A stretch of 62,411 nt of DNA, the filler included, from Sanchytrium tribonematis (lineage: Eukaryota), in assembly GCA_018985235.1 (NCBI GenBank). It is 6 parts of 6 records of this genome, joined end to end, with 100 filler letters (N's around TTAATTAATTAA, not from the genome) between each part and the next. Parts side by side here need not be neighbours in the genome. Positions count along the whole stretch, not along the records: positions 10,557 to 20,989 come from JADGIG010000298.1; 5 more parts are not named here. One strand, given 5' to 3'. Both the position numbers and the translations under genes were made by a program. Positions within the stretch are counted from its first letter, which is position 1, and the number at the start of each line of letters is the position of its first letter. This document shows, piece by piece, positions 10,457 to 21,089 of this stretch. The notes under the pieces are model-generated. The model made no database searches, was not told the DNA's origin, and saw only the letters and a list, made by a program, of their open reading frames with translations.

Positions 10457-10556
10457 NNNNNNNNNNNNNNNNNNNNNNNNNNNNNNNNNNNNNNNNNNNN
10501 TTAATTAATTAANNNNNNNNNNNNNNNNNNNNNNNNNNNNNNNNNNNNNNNNNNNN
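10457..10556. other. Artificial contig-joining linker
   Basis: N44-TTAATTAATTAA-N44 (stops in six frames); identical linkers at 20990-21089, 31418-31517, 41827-41926, 52128-52227. Confidence 0.98.
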
Positions 10557-11828
10557 CTCACTTAGCGATTGTATGAGGTCGGTCCCTTTCCATATTCTTA
10601 AATAACCCTCGTCTCCACCAGAAACAATGTGGTCAACGTTATTTAGTCGTATAGAATTCATCGCCGTGACTCTATTTCGATGAGCGTTTAAAATTTCGAA
10701 CTTGATTTTTCCGGATTCCGGGAAAAAAACCCTTATGCGCCCATCATTCCAGCCACTAATTATCTCGTTGCCGTTGTCTGACACACATAGAGAAAGACAA
10801 TGTTTACCCTCTACGGTATAAGTTTGAACAACAGTTTCATTTAAAACATCCCAAATAAATATATTCTCATAAGACGCAGATAACACCAAGTCTTTTGTAT
10901 CTTTCAATTTAGCTATGCAATGAATTCCTTCTTTATGGGCTTTATGGAACATATTAACTGACGAAATTTGACTGTCGAAAGCAACAATCGTGGAATTACC
11001 CAGCAGCGCAAATATAGACTCTCCATCGGGTGTTAAACTTAAAATCGCAGAACCTAGATCAATTTTTTTGTATATTTTAAAAGTTTCTGGATCAATTACT
11101 GCCAATGTTCCTGTTCCACCTCCTACCAGCAGCTTCTCTGAATATTTTGAAATGCACCGTAACCCTTTTGCGAACTTTTCATTAAACTTTTTGTTTGTAG
11201 AGCTCTTAAATATAAGGTTACACAAATCCAACTTCAATAAATCACCTGAAAGAGTCCCGCAAAACGCCAAACCGTTTTGAATAAAGCTACTAATTATAAC
11301 TCTCTTCACTAACCCCATGGAAAATGATTTCTCAGTGATTTTTTTAGAGATTGGTTCCATTGTAAATAGCTTTGGTGCAATTTCTCCAGCTACCAGAAAT
11401 TCATATCCGGGCCCTACTGACAAGCAATGAATTTCTTTTTGAACCTCTTTACTGACCAAAATGCCTGCAATTGCTTTGCCATTTAAATTAGAAACAGTTA
11501 AGCTTCGGTCGTCTTGACCACCCAAAGAAACTATATAATTTCCGTCGGTAGTAAATTTGACGCTTTTAACCATTAATTTATGCAGATTACTAGTAAAAAC
11601 AATTTTAAATGTACTTAAATCAATTAAATTAATTGATGCCATATCATTTTGACCGCAAATATGTCCAGTAACAATCATGTCATCAAAAATGTCAAGGCAA
11701 GTTATTTCCTCTGAACCAACAGGTATTACTTGACTCCCAAATACAATGCAGTGTCCAAATGTATATAAAGGACGATTTTTGTACAGCTTCAGTATTTTGG
11801 ATAATCCAGAAATAACTCTGGCTTCCAT
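10557..11828 (-). CDS. CFAP52: Cilia/flagella-associated WD40 protein CFAP52 (3' truncated)
   Basis: LHK...V.F..DG.Y.VSLGGQDD, AFCGTLSGDL, IISGWNDGRIRVFFPESGK...I.NAH, VSGGDEG; start likely MEARV at 11828. Confidence 0.85.
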
Positions 11829-11845
11829 TGACCGATGAAACTTCA

Positions 11846-11998
11846 ATGGAAAAAGATTGCCAAGCATGCAAAATAGTGAACGCAGCCACCTTTTATTGCG
11901 CTTCTGGATATACGTTATGCAATTCGAAAAGAAATCCGATTATCATAATGGTATCCATTGCATTTTTTTCAGCGGGTACATGGCGAATTTTGAAATAA
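11846..11998 (+). CDS. 50-aa DUF4536/DMAC1-like mitochondrial membrane microprotein (not in ORF track)
   Basis: MEKDCQACKIVNAATFYCASGY...IIIMVSIAFFSAGTWRILK*: N-terminal DCxxC plus two hydrophobic segments; stop in AATAAA. Confidence 0.65.
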   Translation: MEKDCQACKIVNAATFYCASGYTLCNSKRNPIIIMVSIAFFSAGTWRILK

Positions 11999-12022
11999 AA
12001 CTTTAAACCTCCTTTTAACAAA

Positions 12023-13567
12023 ATGAATAGACTTAGCCAATTTAATATCGATGCCCAAGACATCTTGCCGAATCAGCCTAGTTTTGAATATCCATACCAT
12101 AGCGTCACAACAATAGCATTTCATCCAGGTGGTAATTTGATTGCTGTTGCAACTGAAAAGGGACCTATAGGAATTTGGGAACTCGAGGTTCTAGATATTC
12201 GTCAACTGGTGGGGCATGTTTGTTCTGTCACAGGGATTGCTTGGATGGGAATGCACTTATGGAGTGGAAGCATCGATATGACAATAATTGAATGGTGCGT
12301 TGAACTTGGCGTTCCAAAACGCGTATTCCGTCTGGATTCTCCAATTTTGAGCTTCTGTAGACACCCTATAGATTCTAAAACTTTACTTTTTAATTATTCA
12401 CTGAGAGATTTTGCTCTGTTAAATACAAGGTCACAAGAAATTACCAAAGTCCCCGCATTTCAAAGGCGTCTTGAGCAAATCATGGTTACCTACAACAAAA
12501 AAGAATGCGACATAACATTTATTTGCAAGTGGTCCAGTCAAGGAGACTCATTATATATTGGAGATTCAGTTGGAGAGATAACAGTCTTTAATCTAGAAAG
12601 CGGTTCCTACAATGTGAAATCTGTTCTTGGGAAACAAAAAGGCACGTTCTCAATCACGAACATCGAAGTTTCTCAAAAACTGATTCTTGTCAATGCTTCA
12701 GATAGGGTACTAAGATTACTAAATGATGAATTTGTTGAATTGTATACTTTTCAGGATATTGTCAATCGATACCCATGGACGGGGTGTACTTTTAGCAATG
12801 ATGCGGAATATATAGTGGCTTCAGGAGATAGATTTAATGCTTCCCAGATTACCATTTTTGAGACGAAAACATTTAGGCAGGTTAAAACTTTAAATCCTTA
12901 CAATGAAATAATTAAGGTGCTAGAATTTCATCCATCTTATCACACACTGGCTACTATTACTGATGAAGGCAAGCTCTCGCTCCACTCTCTACTTTCATCG
13001 TTTAGTTGGGGTGCTTTTGAACCACGATTCAAAGAAATAGAAGAAAATGAAGAATTTCAAGAGCATCTAGAATTACTCACAAAAGCCACTCACAGGTGCA
13101 GATTTGCTGATTGTGATTGCTTCAACGAAATATATAAGGAAAAGTTGCTGAAATCTGCTGATGTGTTTAAACAAATTTTTCCAGGACCTGCTTTTGAGCT
13201 TACTCCATTAGATCCACTAGAAAATGACTCTAAAACTCAACGGGTGGTTGAAAATAGCGATTGCGGTGAAAATCTTGATTTTCATAAAGTATTGAATGAT
13301 GCCAACAAAAATTCTAAAATAATGGTTGCAGATAATGACGATGAGGTAATTGATATTGAAAGCTTCCCATATACCAAACTTGAAATAGTCGACAAGGATA
13401 CTTTTCTTAGTTTCCCGAAGTGTGATAATTTGAATTGCTTTGTTGAAATCTATGACACTTTAATTCCTTACAAAACTGCGTTGCACGATTACCCAGTTCT
13501 CCCTTCTTTACCTATTCCAATCGCAAATTTCTCAAAAGAGACAGCAAATGTAATGTTTGAACAATAA
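12023..13567 (+). CDS. SWD1: COMPASS WD40 subunit Swd1/RBBP5
   Basis: WD40 repeats, NASDRVLR, FQDIVNRYPW, WGAFEPRFKEIEEN. Confidence 0.88.
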   Translation: MNRLSQFNIDAQDILPNQPSFEYPYHSVTTIAFHPGGNLIAVATEKGPIGIWELEVLDIRQLVGHVCSVTGIAWMGMHLWSGSIDMTIIEWCVELGVPKRVFRLDSPILSFCRHPIDSKTLLFNYSLRDFALLNTRSQEITKVPAFQRRLEQIMVTYNKKECDITFICKWSSQGDSLYIGDSVGEITVFNLESGSYNVKSVLGKQKGTFSITNIEVSQKLILVNASDRVLRLLNDEFVELYTFQDIVNRYPWTGCTFSNDAEYIVASGDRFNASQITIFETKTFRQVKTLNPYNEIIKVLEFHPSYHTLATITDEGKLSLHSLLSSFSWGAFEPRFKEIEENEEFQEHLELLTKATHRCRFADCDCFNEIYKEKLLKSADVFKQIFPGPAFELTPLDPLENDSKTQRVVENSDCGENLDFHKVLNDANKNSKIMVADNDDEVIDIESFPYTKLEIVDKDTFLSFPKCDNLNCFVEIYDTLIPYKTALHDYPVLPSLPIPIANFSKETANVMFEQ

Positions 13568-13616
13568 TAAAATTTTGTATTTATAAACGAAAAGCTTCTC
13601 CTTGAAATTTTAAATA

Positions 13617-14864
13617 ATGAATAGGGTTTTAAATTCAATGCAAAACTTAAGAGTTGAAGTGCATACAGTGAATGGGAGTATATATCAAGGATATCTTCAA
13701 AAATATAATGAAAAAAGCATTATATTGAAAGCGGTGATTATATTCGACAGTAATCAATTCAAAGCCATTGAACACGCTCAACTAGAATTATCTAAAATAA
13801 CTTTATTAATATCGGCAAAATTCCCAGTGGTTCCAAAAAGAAAAGGGAAAGGATTTACCGATGGGGAAATCAGTGCAAACAAAAAGACACAAAGAGATTT
13901 AGTGAAATTTGAAATTCCAGAAGATTACAAAGATGACGATTTGAGCGAGAAAGGTGGGCATTGGGATCAATTCGAAGAAAATGAAAAAAAATTCGGAGTT
14001 ACAACTACTTATGATGAGAGTATCTATACAACCCATCTTGACAAGAGCAGTAAAGAATACAAGGACAAAGAGAAAGAAGCCGAACGAATAGCTAGAGAAA
14101 TAGAGAAGTCGTCCTCGGCAAATACTCATATGAAGGAAGAAAGAGGGCAAAAATTAGAAGATGAAGTCGATGAGGAAACAAAGTATAGTGAAGTACTTAG
14201 GTCTGACTTACCGAAGCCTAAAGGAGCCACTTTTGCAAGCATTGCTGCAAAAAGTTCGAACGATGCTAAAACCAATGAAACTATTGAAAATGCACAACGT
14301 AAAATACACGCTTTCAAAACAAGTGAAAAGAAAAAAGTAGAAAGCAAAAAGAATGAGGATAGAAAAAAACTTATTGAATTTTCGAAAACTTTTAAACTTA
14401 AAACACCAATGCCTGACGACATCAAGGAATTGCTTAATAAAAAGGAAGACAAGGAGCTCAAATTGAAATCTAGCTCTGAAATAGTTGAAAATACAACTGA
14501 ATCAGATCTAAAAAATGAACCAAAAGTAGCACCAACTTGGAATTGGGATTTAGAGGCTCCTGAGTTTCTACCAGATGAATACGTGGTAGAGGAAGCTCAT
14601 TTGATGGATGATTCAAAGTTTTTACATGATAATATTCCAGACAAAAATGTTAAAATCACGTACAATGATCTTTTTCCAAACCCAGAATTCGAGGATAGTG
14701 CCTTTTGGGAAACAAATCCTACATCTGACTATGAATCATTGTATTACATGCCTTATTATGATTACAATTATTATCAGTATGACCCCAATTACTATAACCA
14801 GTATGGATACGATCCTAATTATTACGGAAACTACGAATCTCAAGAAGCGAATGTTTCGCAATAA
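13617..14864 (+). CDS. PBP1: Ataxin-2/Pbp1 (Lsm, LsmAD, PAM2)
   Basis: FTDGEIS, WDQFEENEKKFGVTTTYDESIYTT, AERIAREIE, PAM2-like LEAPEFLP. Confidence 0.9.
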   Translation: MNRVLNSMQNLRVEVHTVNGSIYQGYLQKYNEKSIILKAVIIFDSNQFKAIEHAQLELSKITLLISAKFPVVPKRKGKGFTDGEISANKKTQRDLVKFEIPEDYKDDDLSEKGGHWDQFEENEKKFGVTTTYDESIYTTHLDKSSKEYKDKEKEAERIAREIEKSSSANTHMKEERGQKLEDEVDEETKYSEVLRSDLPKPKGATFASIAAKSSNDAKTNETIENAQRKIHAFKTSEKKKVESKKNEDRKKLIEFSKTFKLKTPMPDDIKELLNKKEDKELKLKSSSEIVENTTESDLKNEPKVAPTWNWDLEAPEFLPDEYVVEEAHLMDDSKFLHDNIPDKNVKITYNDLFPNPEFEDSAFWETNPTSDYESLYYMPYYDYNYYQYDPNYYNQYGYDPNYYGNYESQEANVSQ

Positions 14865-14885
14865 AAGGTACACTTCCTTAATCAT

Positions 14886-16796
14886 TTATTTTTGTCCTGG
14901 TTGATCTCCAGAGTCATTGGTTGACGAATTACCTTCGGCTTTTTGCTTATAAGCCATTTCGAATAACTTGAGAGATGCAGTTTGAACTTCTTGAATTTTT
15001 TTCTTTAAATCAGATCCATTTACATCTTCCGAATTTTTCAATGTTTTTAATTCTTCCAAAGATTTCTTAATTTTTTCGATTTCAGATTCGTCGATCTGAG
15101 ACTTAAACTCTTCCAAAGACTTTTCTGTTTCATCAATAAAGCTTTCCGCATGATTTTTAGCTTCAATTAATTCTTTTGTTAAAGCATCTTTTTCGGCATT
15201 TTGTTCTGCATCTTTGACCATGTTCTCGATTTCTGCATTAGAAAGACCAGATGACGCCGTAATAGTGATAGATTGATCTTTGTTTGAGGCTTTATCTCTT
15301 GCATTAACATGAACAATTCCGTCAGCATCAATATCAAAACTGACTTCAATTTGTGGAACACCACGTGGTGCAGGAGGAATACCTGTCAATGTGAAATTAC
15401 CAAGCGATTTGTTATCCTTGACAAGTTCTCTTTCACCTTGAAAAACCCTAATTTCGACAGACCTTTGACCATCTGCAGCTGTGGAAAACGTTTGTGATTT
15501 CTTTGTAGGAATGGTCGTATTACGAGGAATCAACCTGGTGAAGACCCCACCCATAGTTTCAATTCCGAGAGAGAGAGGAGTCACATCTAATAAAAGAACG
15601 TCTTTTGTTTCCCCAGCTAAAACGCTACCTTGGATGGCCGCACCTACTGCCACAGCTTCATCAGGATTAACAGATTTTGAAGGTTCTTTTTTGAAGATTG
15701 ACTTGACGACTTCTTGAACTTTTGGCATTCTAGACATGCCACCCACTAAAATGACTTCATCTATATCGGATGGTGTTAGTTTGGCGTCCTTGAGAGCCAA
15801 CTCGCATGGTTTTTTTGTTCGTTCAATAAACTTGGAAACGATTTTTTCCAAATTAGTTCTATTGAGTTTAGTAGAGAAATGAAGTGGCCCAGATGAGTTT
15901 GCAGAGACATATGGAAGATTGATTTCAGTTTCAACTGAGCTCGATAATTCAATCTTCGCCTTTTCAGCTGCCTCTCTGAATCTCTGTACAGCCATTCTAT
16001 CATTAGTAAGACTAACACCACTTTGTTTTTTAAATTCGCCAAGTAAAAATTGAACTAATGAGTGATCAAAATCCTCGCCACCTAAATGAGTATCTCCGTT
16101 CGTGCTCAAGACTTCGAAAACTCCGTCATGAATTTCCAAAATAGATATATCAAAGGTACCACCACCCAAATCAAACACGGCAACTTTTTTTTCCTTATTG
16201 TCTTTGTTTAGGCCATATGACAAAGCAGCAGCTGTGGGCTCATTGATCACTCTTAGTACATTTAGACCAGCAATTTTTCCAGCGTCTTTGGTTGCCTGCC
16301 TTTGTGCATCATTAAAATATGCGGGCACAGTCACAACTGCATTTTCAATTTTTTTTCCAAGATAAGATTCTGCGGTCTCTCTCATTTTTCCCAAAACAAA
16401 GCCACCGATCTGAGACGGAGAATATTTTTTACCGAGAGCCTCGACCCAAGCATCACCGTTTGAGTGTTTTACAATTTTGTATGAAACTGTCTTCAAATCT
16501 TCCTGCACTTTAGAGTCACTAAATTTTCTTCCAATTAGTCTCTTAATGGCATAAAGAGTATTCTGAGAGTTAGTAATTGCTTGCCTTTTTGCAGCCTGAC
16601 CAACCAATTTTTCGTTTTCTTTTGTAAATGCCACAACAGAAGGTGTTGTGCGTGATCCCTCCGAATTTTCAATAACACGAGGAATGCTTCCTTCCATTAC
16701 CGCCACACATGAATTAGTAGTACCCAGGTCAATACCAATTACTTGTCCTTTTACTTTAGCTTTAGAAGCAGCTCTGCGTCCAATGTACGACAACAT
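14886..16796 (-). CDS. SSC1: Mitochondrial Hsp70
   Basis: Presequence, [33 protein letters not shown] signature. Confidence 0.97.
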   Translation of the reverse strand: MLSYIGRRAASKAKVKGQVIGIDLGTTNSCVAVMEGSIPRVIENSEGSRTTPSVVAFTKENEKLVGQAAKRQAITNSQNTLYAIKRLIGRKFSDSKVQEDLKTVSYKIVKHSNGDAWVEALGKKYSPSQIGGFVLGKMRETAESYLGKKIENAVVTVPAYFNDAQRQATKDAGKIAGLNVLRVINEPTAAALSYGLNKDNKEKKVAVFDLGGGTFDISILEIHDGVFEVLSTNGDTHLGGEDFDHSLVQFLLGEFKKQSGVSLTNDRMAVQRFREAAEKAKIELSSSVETEINLPYVSANSSGPLHFSTKLNRTNLEKIVSKFIERTKKPCELALKDAKLTPSDIDEVILVGGMSRMPKVQEVVKSIFKKEPSKSVNPDEAVAVGAAIQGSVLAGETKDVLLLDVTPLSLGIETMGGVFTRLIPRNTTIPTKKSQTFSTAADGQRSVEIRVFQGERELVKDNKSLGNFTLTGIPPAPRGVPQIEVSFDIDADGIVHVNARDKASNKDQSITITASSGLSNAEIENMVKDAEQNAEKDALTKELIEAKNHAESFIDETEKSLEEFKSQIDESEIEKIKKSLEELKTLKNSEDVNGSDLKKKIQEVQTASLKLFEMAYKQKAEGNSSTNDSGDQPGQK

Positions 16797-16817
16797 TTGA
16801 TCCGTGCCCCTCCTAAA

Positions 16818-17408
16818 ATGTCTGAAGATCGATACAAGAAGAGAATTCCAGAAATTCGCTTGAAATCAGGCTCCTCAAAATCAATTGAATGTCCCGATAA
16901 CGTTAAAAATCTTATCGCAGAGGAACTATTATATTTGGTCAATACCTCAAAAATATGTGTGAAAGCAAATGAGAATGCAATAAGTATTTTAGATTTTTGG
17001 CTATGGTGCGATAGTTTTATTTCTTTAAAATGGTACAGAACTTACTCTAAGCTTCGCTCGGTAGGATACAAATTCAAAGGACATTGGTTTGTGAATCCAT
17101 CGATGACGAATTCATATTATTGCATTCCAGTCGAAAGCAATGCTAAAATAGAACGAGTCAAACTGTTTGCAAAAAGCAGACTAAATATCCCTTTGAACCC
17201 ATATGTCAATTCACAAGAAACTGTTCCGAATTTGCCAAATTTTCAATTTGCTATTCAATATTTTCAATGTGAAATCAAAAATTGTGAAAACGGCTGCCTT
17301 TTTAGTATATTTGATAAAGACGATACCTTCATTCTCAGTGCGGAAAAGGTCGATTTAGAAAATAATGCACTAGAAAAACGAAGGACGATCTTTCGCAGGG
17401 TCAGATAA
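16818..17408 (+). CDS. SEN54: tRNA-splicing endonuclease subunit Sen54-like
   Basis: EELLYLV...[12 protein letters not shown] resembles Sen54 N-domain; start moved to MSEDRY. Confidence 0.55.
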   Translation: MSEDRYKKRIPEIRLKSGSSKSIECPDNVKNLIAEELLYLVNTSKICVKANENAISILDFWLWCDSFISLKWYRTYSKLRSVGYKFKGHWFVNPSMTNSYYCIPVESNAKIERVKLFAKSRLNIPLNPYVNSQETVPNLPNFQFAIQYFQCEIKNCENGCLFSIFDKDDTFILSAEKVDLENNALEKRRTIFRRVR

Positions 17409-17409
17409 G

Positions 17410-17823
17410 TTATTTCTTTATTTGTGATACTACCCAGTCTTTGGTAAACATTTCTGGATCCCGTAATTCTAACACTTTAGACGGTATGCCGGCTTTGTTA
17501 CTCAACATGACAGAGTTAGAAGCGTAGAGCATGTTCATATCAGCTTTTGAAGGTGGAGAGTAATAAATAAAACACAGAGGAAATTGAATTCTGTCTTTAT
17601 GTTCCAATCTAAATGATAAAATTAAGTATCGAGGCGTAGTAGGCGGTAAGTCCAATTCTTCCACCATCGTCTCAAAATCAGGATATTCCATAATACTGTC
17701 AAGTTCAATTGTTAGTTTATCTTTGTTCACTTTAGCAATTAGGGCAGCTGTCTTGTTACTGTATTTAAATCTAAATTGTTCAATCTCTCCTAATAAGCCA
17801 CTGTCAATCGAGCAAGTAGACAT
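17410..17823 (-). CDS. AIM7: Glia maturation factor (ADF-H)
   Basis: FRF..., LPPTTPRYLILS, R..FPLCFIYYSP, NMLYAS. Confidence 0.88.
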   Translation of the reverse strand: MSTCSIDSGLLGEIEQFRFKYSNKTAALIAKVNKDKLTIELDSIMEYPDFETMVEELDLPPTTPRYLILSFRLEHKDRIQFPLCFIYYSPPSKADMNMLYASNSVMLSNKAGIPSKVLELRDPEMFTKDWVVSQIKK

Positions 17824-17869
17824 TTTGACTGTTTGAAAAAACAAATTTAGACCAATTTTGTGTTTCCTA

Positions 17870-18112
17870 ATGGGCCAAGACGAATTTGTTTTGCCAATAT
17901 ATCAAGAGAACGAAGAGCTTAAAAAGCAAATAAGAGATATGCTTCAATATATAAGAGAACTGCAAAGTAATCACAGCAACTCTAAGAATTTATTTGAAAT
18001 TATTTCAAAATTAATCTATGGGGAAATGCTGGAGAAGGGTACACAGACAACAGAAATTCAGCCAGGTCTAAAATCCAAAAGCTTTAAGCGTAGTTGGGAC
18101 AAAATAAATTAA
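17870..18112 (+). CDS. Small hypothetical coiled-coil protein
   Basis: 80-aa ATG ORF filling the gap; abuts the next gene with 0 nt. Confidence 0.45.
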   Translation: MGQDEFVLPIYQENEELKKQIRDMLQYIRELQSNHSNSKNLFEIISKLIYGEMLEKGTQTTEIQPGLKSKSFKRSWDKIN

Positions 18113-18868
18113 TCAAGCCAAGTAAATCACATCGCCTTCCTCTACATCAACTGTTTGACTTGTATCTACTTCCCCATCAGCTGTGTCAATGCGGTCAAAT
18201 TTATCTACATTGAATTTTTCTTTCATTTTTATAATAAAGTAACCAATATCCAAAGGATTAGGTACATTGACATTAATTTCTTGCTTTTTATATTTTACCA
18301 AAATAGAGATTTTGGGGGTTTCTTGCTTAATATGCACGCCTAAAATGACTGTTTTCACATGCTTCGCAAGCAAAAAAGGCTGAATTTTAGAACCGCCAAT
18401 TGTTAAAGATTCTATATCGACATTGTAATCTTTACAGAAAGTTTGACAAATAGGTCCTATTTCTGCATTCGAAGCAACACGGTAAGCCTTTTCGTTGTTA
18501 CCAGCGACAAAGATTAATGTACAAAGAAGTTCCTCTTGATCGTCAACAAAAATTTCAATAATTTCCGAATCGCTTTTCTTTTGTTTTTTCTTAATTCGTT
18601 TAGAGTGTCTCTCAACGTCTACCTGATCCAACTCTTCATAATATTTGGAATGATCTACCATCTCTAAGTTAATGGTGTCTTTGGTTTTTCTTATGGAATT
18701 ATCAGAAATAATCACAATATCGCTTTGGCTATCATTATCACTACTAGAGTTGTGCACACTAATAGGCCGTTCCCAGAACTTCGGCTTCTTTCCAGTAGGC
18801 TTTTTAATTGTCAGATCCTCTTCAAAAGAGAGATAAGGTTCTTGAATACAGTCGGAGTCGGAGCTCAT
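18113..18868 (-). CDS. Hypothetical protein, possibly Rad60/Esc2-like with SUMO-like domains
   Basis: Acidic N-terminus with SIM-like IVIISD/IIEI, followed by two ubiquitin-like folds ending EEGDVIYL. Confidence 0.45.
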   Translation of the reverse strand: MSSDSDCIQEPYLSFEEDLTIKKPTGKKPKFWERPISVHNSSSDNDSQSDIVIISDNSIRKTKDTINLEMVDHSKYYEELDQVDVERHSKRIKKKQKKSDSEIIEIFVDDQEELLCTLIFVAGNNEKAYRVASNAEIGPICQTFCKDYNVDIESLTIGGSKIQPFLLAKHVKTVILGVHIKQETPKISILVKYKKQEINVNVPNPLDIGYFIIKMKEKFNVDKFDRIDTADGEVDTSQTVDVEEGDVIYLA

Positions 18869-19010
18869 TTACAAAGAGAGTGTTTTAAAAAATAGGCAGC
18901 ATTTGGCGAAACCTAAAATAATCCTGTAATCTCTATCTGTACTGAAAACGGCCAATAATTTTTAATATTTTGAGATTATATGGAGCTTTTAATCGGAGAT
19001 ATGTTCTAAC

Positions 19011-20054
19011 ATGTTAGATCAAATCACTTGGAAAGGAAGGAAGCCACTCATCTTAGCTCCTATGGTTGAATATTCGCATCTTCCTTTTAGAATTATGGCT
19101 CGCAGATACGGCGCTGATTTAACCGTTACTCCAATGATTCACAGTAAAATGTATCAACAGCCGAAATATAGGCAAAAATTCCAATTGAGCGACAAAACTA
19201 TTGCACAGATATGCGGAAACAATGTAGAAGATGTTTTGGCAACTTGCAGGCTACTCGAACCATATGTATCTGGTATTGACTTGAACTTGGGGTGTCCTCA
19301 AGGAATTGCAGCTAGAGGTAATTATGGAGCTTTCTTGATGGAAAGTCCTACTAAAGTATCAGAAATTGTCAAAGCCATGTCATCACATATTTCAGTTCCG
19401 ATTTCGTGTAAAGTACGGGTTTTCGACGATTATTCCTCTTCGCTGAAATGGTGCAACTTACTTGTCGATTCAGGCGCTAAAACAATTACAGTTCATGGTC
19501 GTACGAGAAAGCAAAGAGGTCAAAATAGCGGACTCGCTGATTGGAATCAGATAAAAAGGTTAAAGGAAGAGTTAGATGTTCCAGTAATTTCAAACGGTAA
19601 TATTTTATACTCAAGTGATATAACAGAGTCTTTTAATTACACAAATTGTGATGGCCTTATGATTGCAGAGACTTCCCTTTATCATCCCGGGATATTTAGT
19701 GGGAAAATTAAGCCTGTATGGGACTTTGCTAGGGAGTATTTGGAAACTTGCTATGAATATTCACCGGACACTAGCATTGGAACTCAGAGAGGTCATATAT
19801 TTAAATTTTTTAGGCATTTTTGCAGACTAGATAATGATTTGTCTATAAAATTATCAAAATCTAGGGATCTAATCCCAATAATCGACGAATGGGAAGATAG
19901 GATCAGATCTCGTCACGAAAATATTGTGGAAGAGGCTTTTGATTATGACTTTCCGGTTGACCATACTGGTTATCGCCAAATTCCAATTTATTTATCTCAA
20001 CCTTATATAAGAAATCCCAGCTTGGGAGCATATGTACCTACTGTGTCACCGTGA
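19011..20054 (+). CDS. DUS1: tRNA-dihydrouridine synthase 1
   Basis: ILAPMV, IDLNLGCPQGIAARGNYGAFLM, TVHGRT, ISNGNI. Confidence 0.92.
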   Translation: MLDQITWKGRKPLILAPMVEYSHLPFRIMARRYGADLTVTPMIHSKMYQQPKYRQKFQLSDKTIAQICGNNVEDVLATCRLLEPYVSGIDLNLGCPQGIAARGNYGAFLMESPTKVSEIVKAMSSHISVPISCKVRVFDDYSSSLKWCNLLVDSGAKTITVHGRTRKQRGQNSGLADWNQIKRLKEELDVPVISNGNILYSSDITESFNYTNCDGLMIAETSLYHPGIFSGKIKPVWDFAREYLETCYEYSPDTSIGTQRGHIFKFFRHFCRLDNDLSIKLSKSRDLIPIIDEWEDRIRSRHENIVEEAFDYDFPVDHTGYRQIPIYLSQPYIRNPSLGAYVPTVSP

Positions 20055-20101
20055 ATAAATTTTGGTTTTCAATCTAATCCTTTTCCCCTTGAAAAATTCA
20101 C

Positions 20102-20716
20102 ATGAGAATTGAAATACAGGGCCATGAAAGCGCTAAAAAAGTAGCAATCAAAGGAGAATGGGACAATTGGACTAATGAAAATGAACTTGCACGTTCTGAG
20201 AATGGGTTTTCAATTGATTTAGACATTCCCTCTGGAAACTATGAGTTTAAATTTATTATTGATGGGGATTGGCAAATTGTCGATGATTATGAAAAAAGTA
20301 CATCACAGGGGTATGAAAATAATATTTTGGTGGTAAAAAACGAGAGCGCAGCTAAGGTTAAAGAAGAAACACTTGCGAATTCTTTACCTCAAAGTAGCAC
20401 TGAGATCACGAATGAGAAGGAAGATTCTAAACAGTCCGCTTTAAATTTGAAAGAAAGTCAAAATTCAGTCGAGCAAGCTTCTAAAAAGCCAGCTCCAAAT
20501 TCCAAAGAGAGCCCACGTGAAATTAGAGGTGAATCTGTTGAGCAACTTATTGACCAATTCGACGCAATCAAAGTGAACCCTCCTGTGCTTGAGAAAAAGG
20601 ATTCGAGAATTAACGAAGTTGAAAAGCCATATTTTGAAGAAAAGAGAAAAGAAGAGAAGCATGACAAATTCGGAAAATCGTTGAAAAAACGGTTTTCTAA
20701 ATTTTTGGGGAAATAA
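20102..20716 (+). CDS. AMPK-beta-type glycogen-binding (CBM48) domain protein, Crp1/Mdg1-like
   Basis: V.IKGEWDNW, G.YEFKFIIDGDW, ENNIL followed by charged tail. Confidence 0.8.
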   Translation: MRIEIQGHESAKKVAIKGEWDNWTNENELARSENGFSIDLDIPSGNYEFKFIIDGDWQIVDDYEKSTSQGYENNILVVKNESAAKVKEETLANSLPQSSTEITNEKEDSKQSALNLKESQNSVEQASKKPAPNSKESPREIRGESVEQLIDQFDAIKVNPPVLEKKDSRINEVEKPYFEEKRKEEKHDKFGKSLKKRFSKFLGK

Positions 20717-20728
20717 ATTGCATTGTGT

Positions 20729-20989
20729 TTACAGTTCATCTTTACTTTTTGATTTTGGCGCTGATTTCGATGTCCCTTTATATTTTGTCAACCACTTTTT
20801 CAAATCATCATACTTTTTCAAATCACCGTCATATTTAGCAACTTTTAGATCTCGCTTTTGAATCACCAACTGACTAGGAATCACGACAAGACCTTTGCCA
20901 AATTCACCTATTAAAGTTTTGTCGCAACTAACGGCAAAGTCTATTCTTTTGGTGAATTCTAATGACAAACATTTCAAAGTTGAGGTTAC
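20729..20989 (-). CDS. C-terminus of ER thioredoxin/PDI-like protein (partial)
   Basis: LSLEF...YDG.LKKY..L.KWL, ends KDEL. Confidence 0.65.
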   Translation of the reverse strand, partial: VTSTLKCLSLEFTKRIDFAVSCDKTLIGEFGKGLVVIPSQLVIQKRDLKVAKYDGDLKKYDDLKKWLTKYKGTSKSAPKSKSKDEL

Positions 20990-21089
20990 NNNNNNNNNNN
21001 NNNNNNNNNNNNNNNNNNNNNNNNNNNNNNNNNTTAATTAATTAANNNNNNNNNNNNNNNNNNNNNNNNNNNNNNNNNNNNNNNNNNNN

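Noticed and set aside
10501..10512. TTAATTAATTAA recurring every ~10.3 kb as a biological repeat
   Set aside because: Always centred in N runs; a six-frame stop linker added during concatenation
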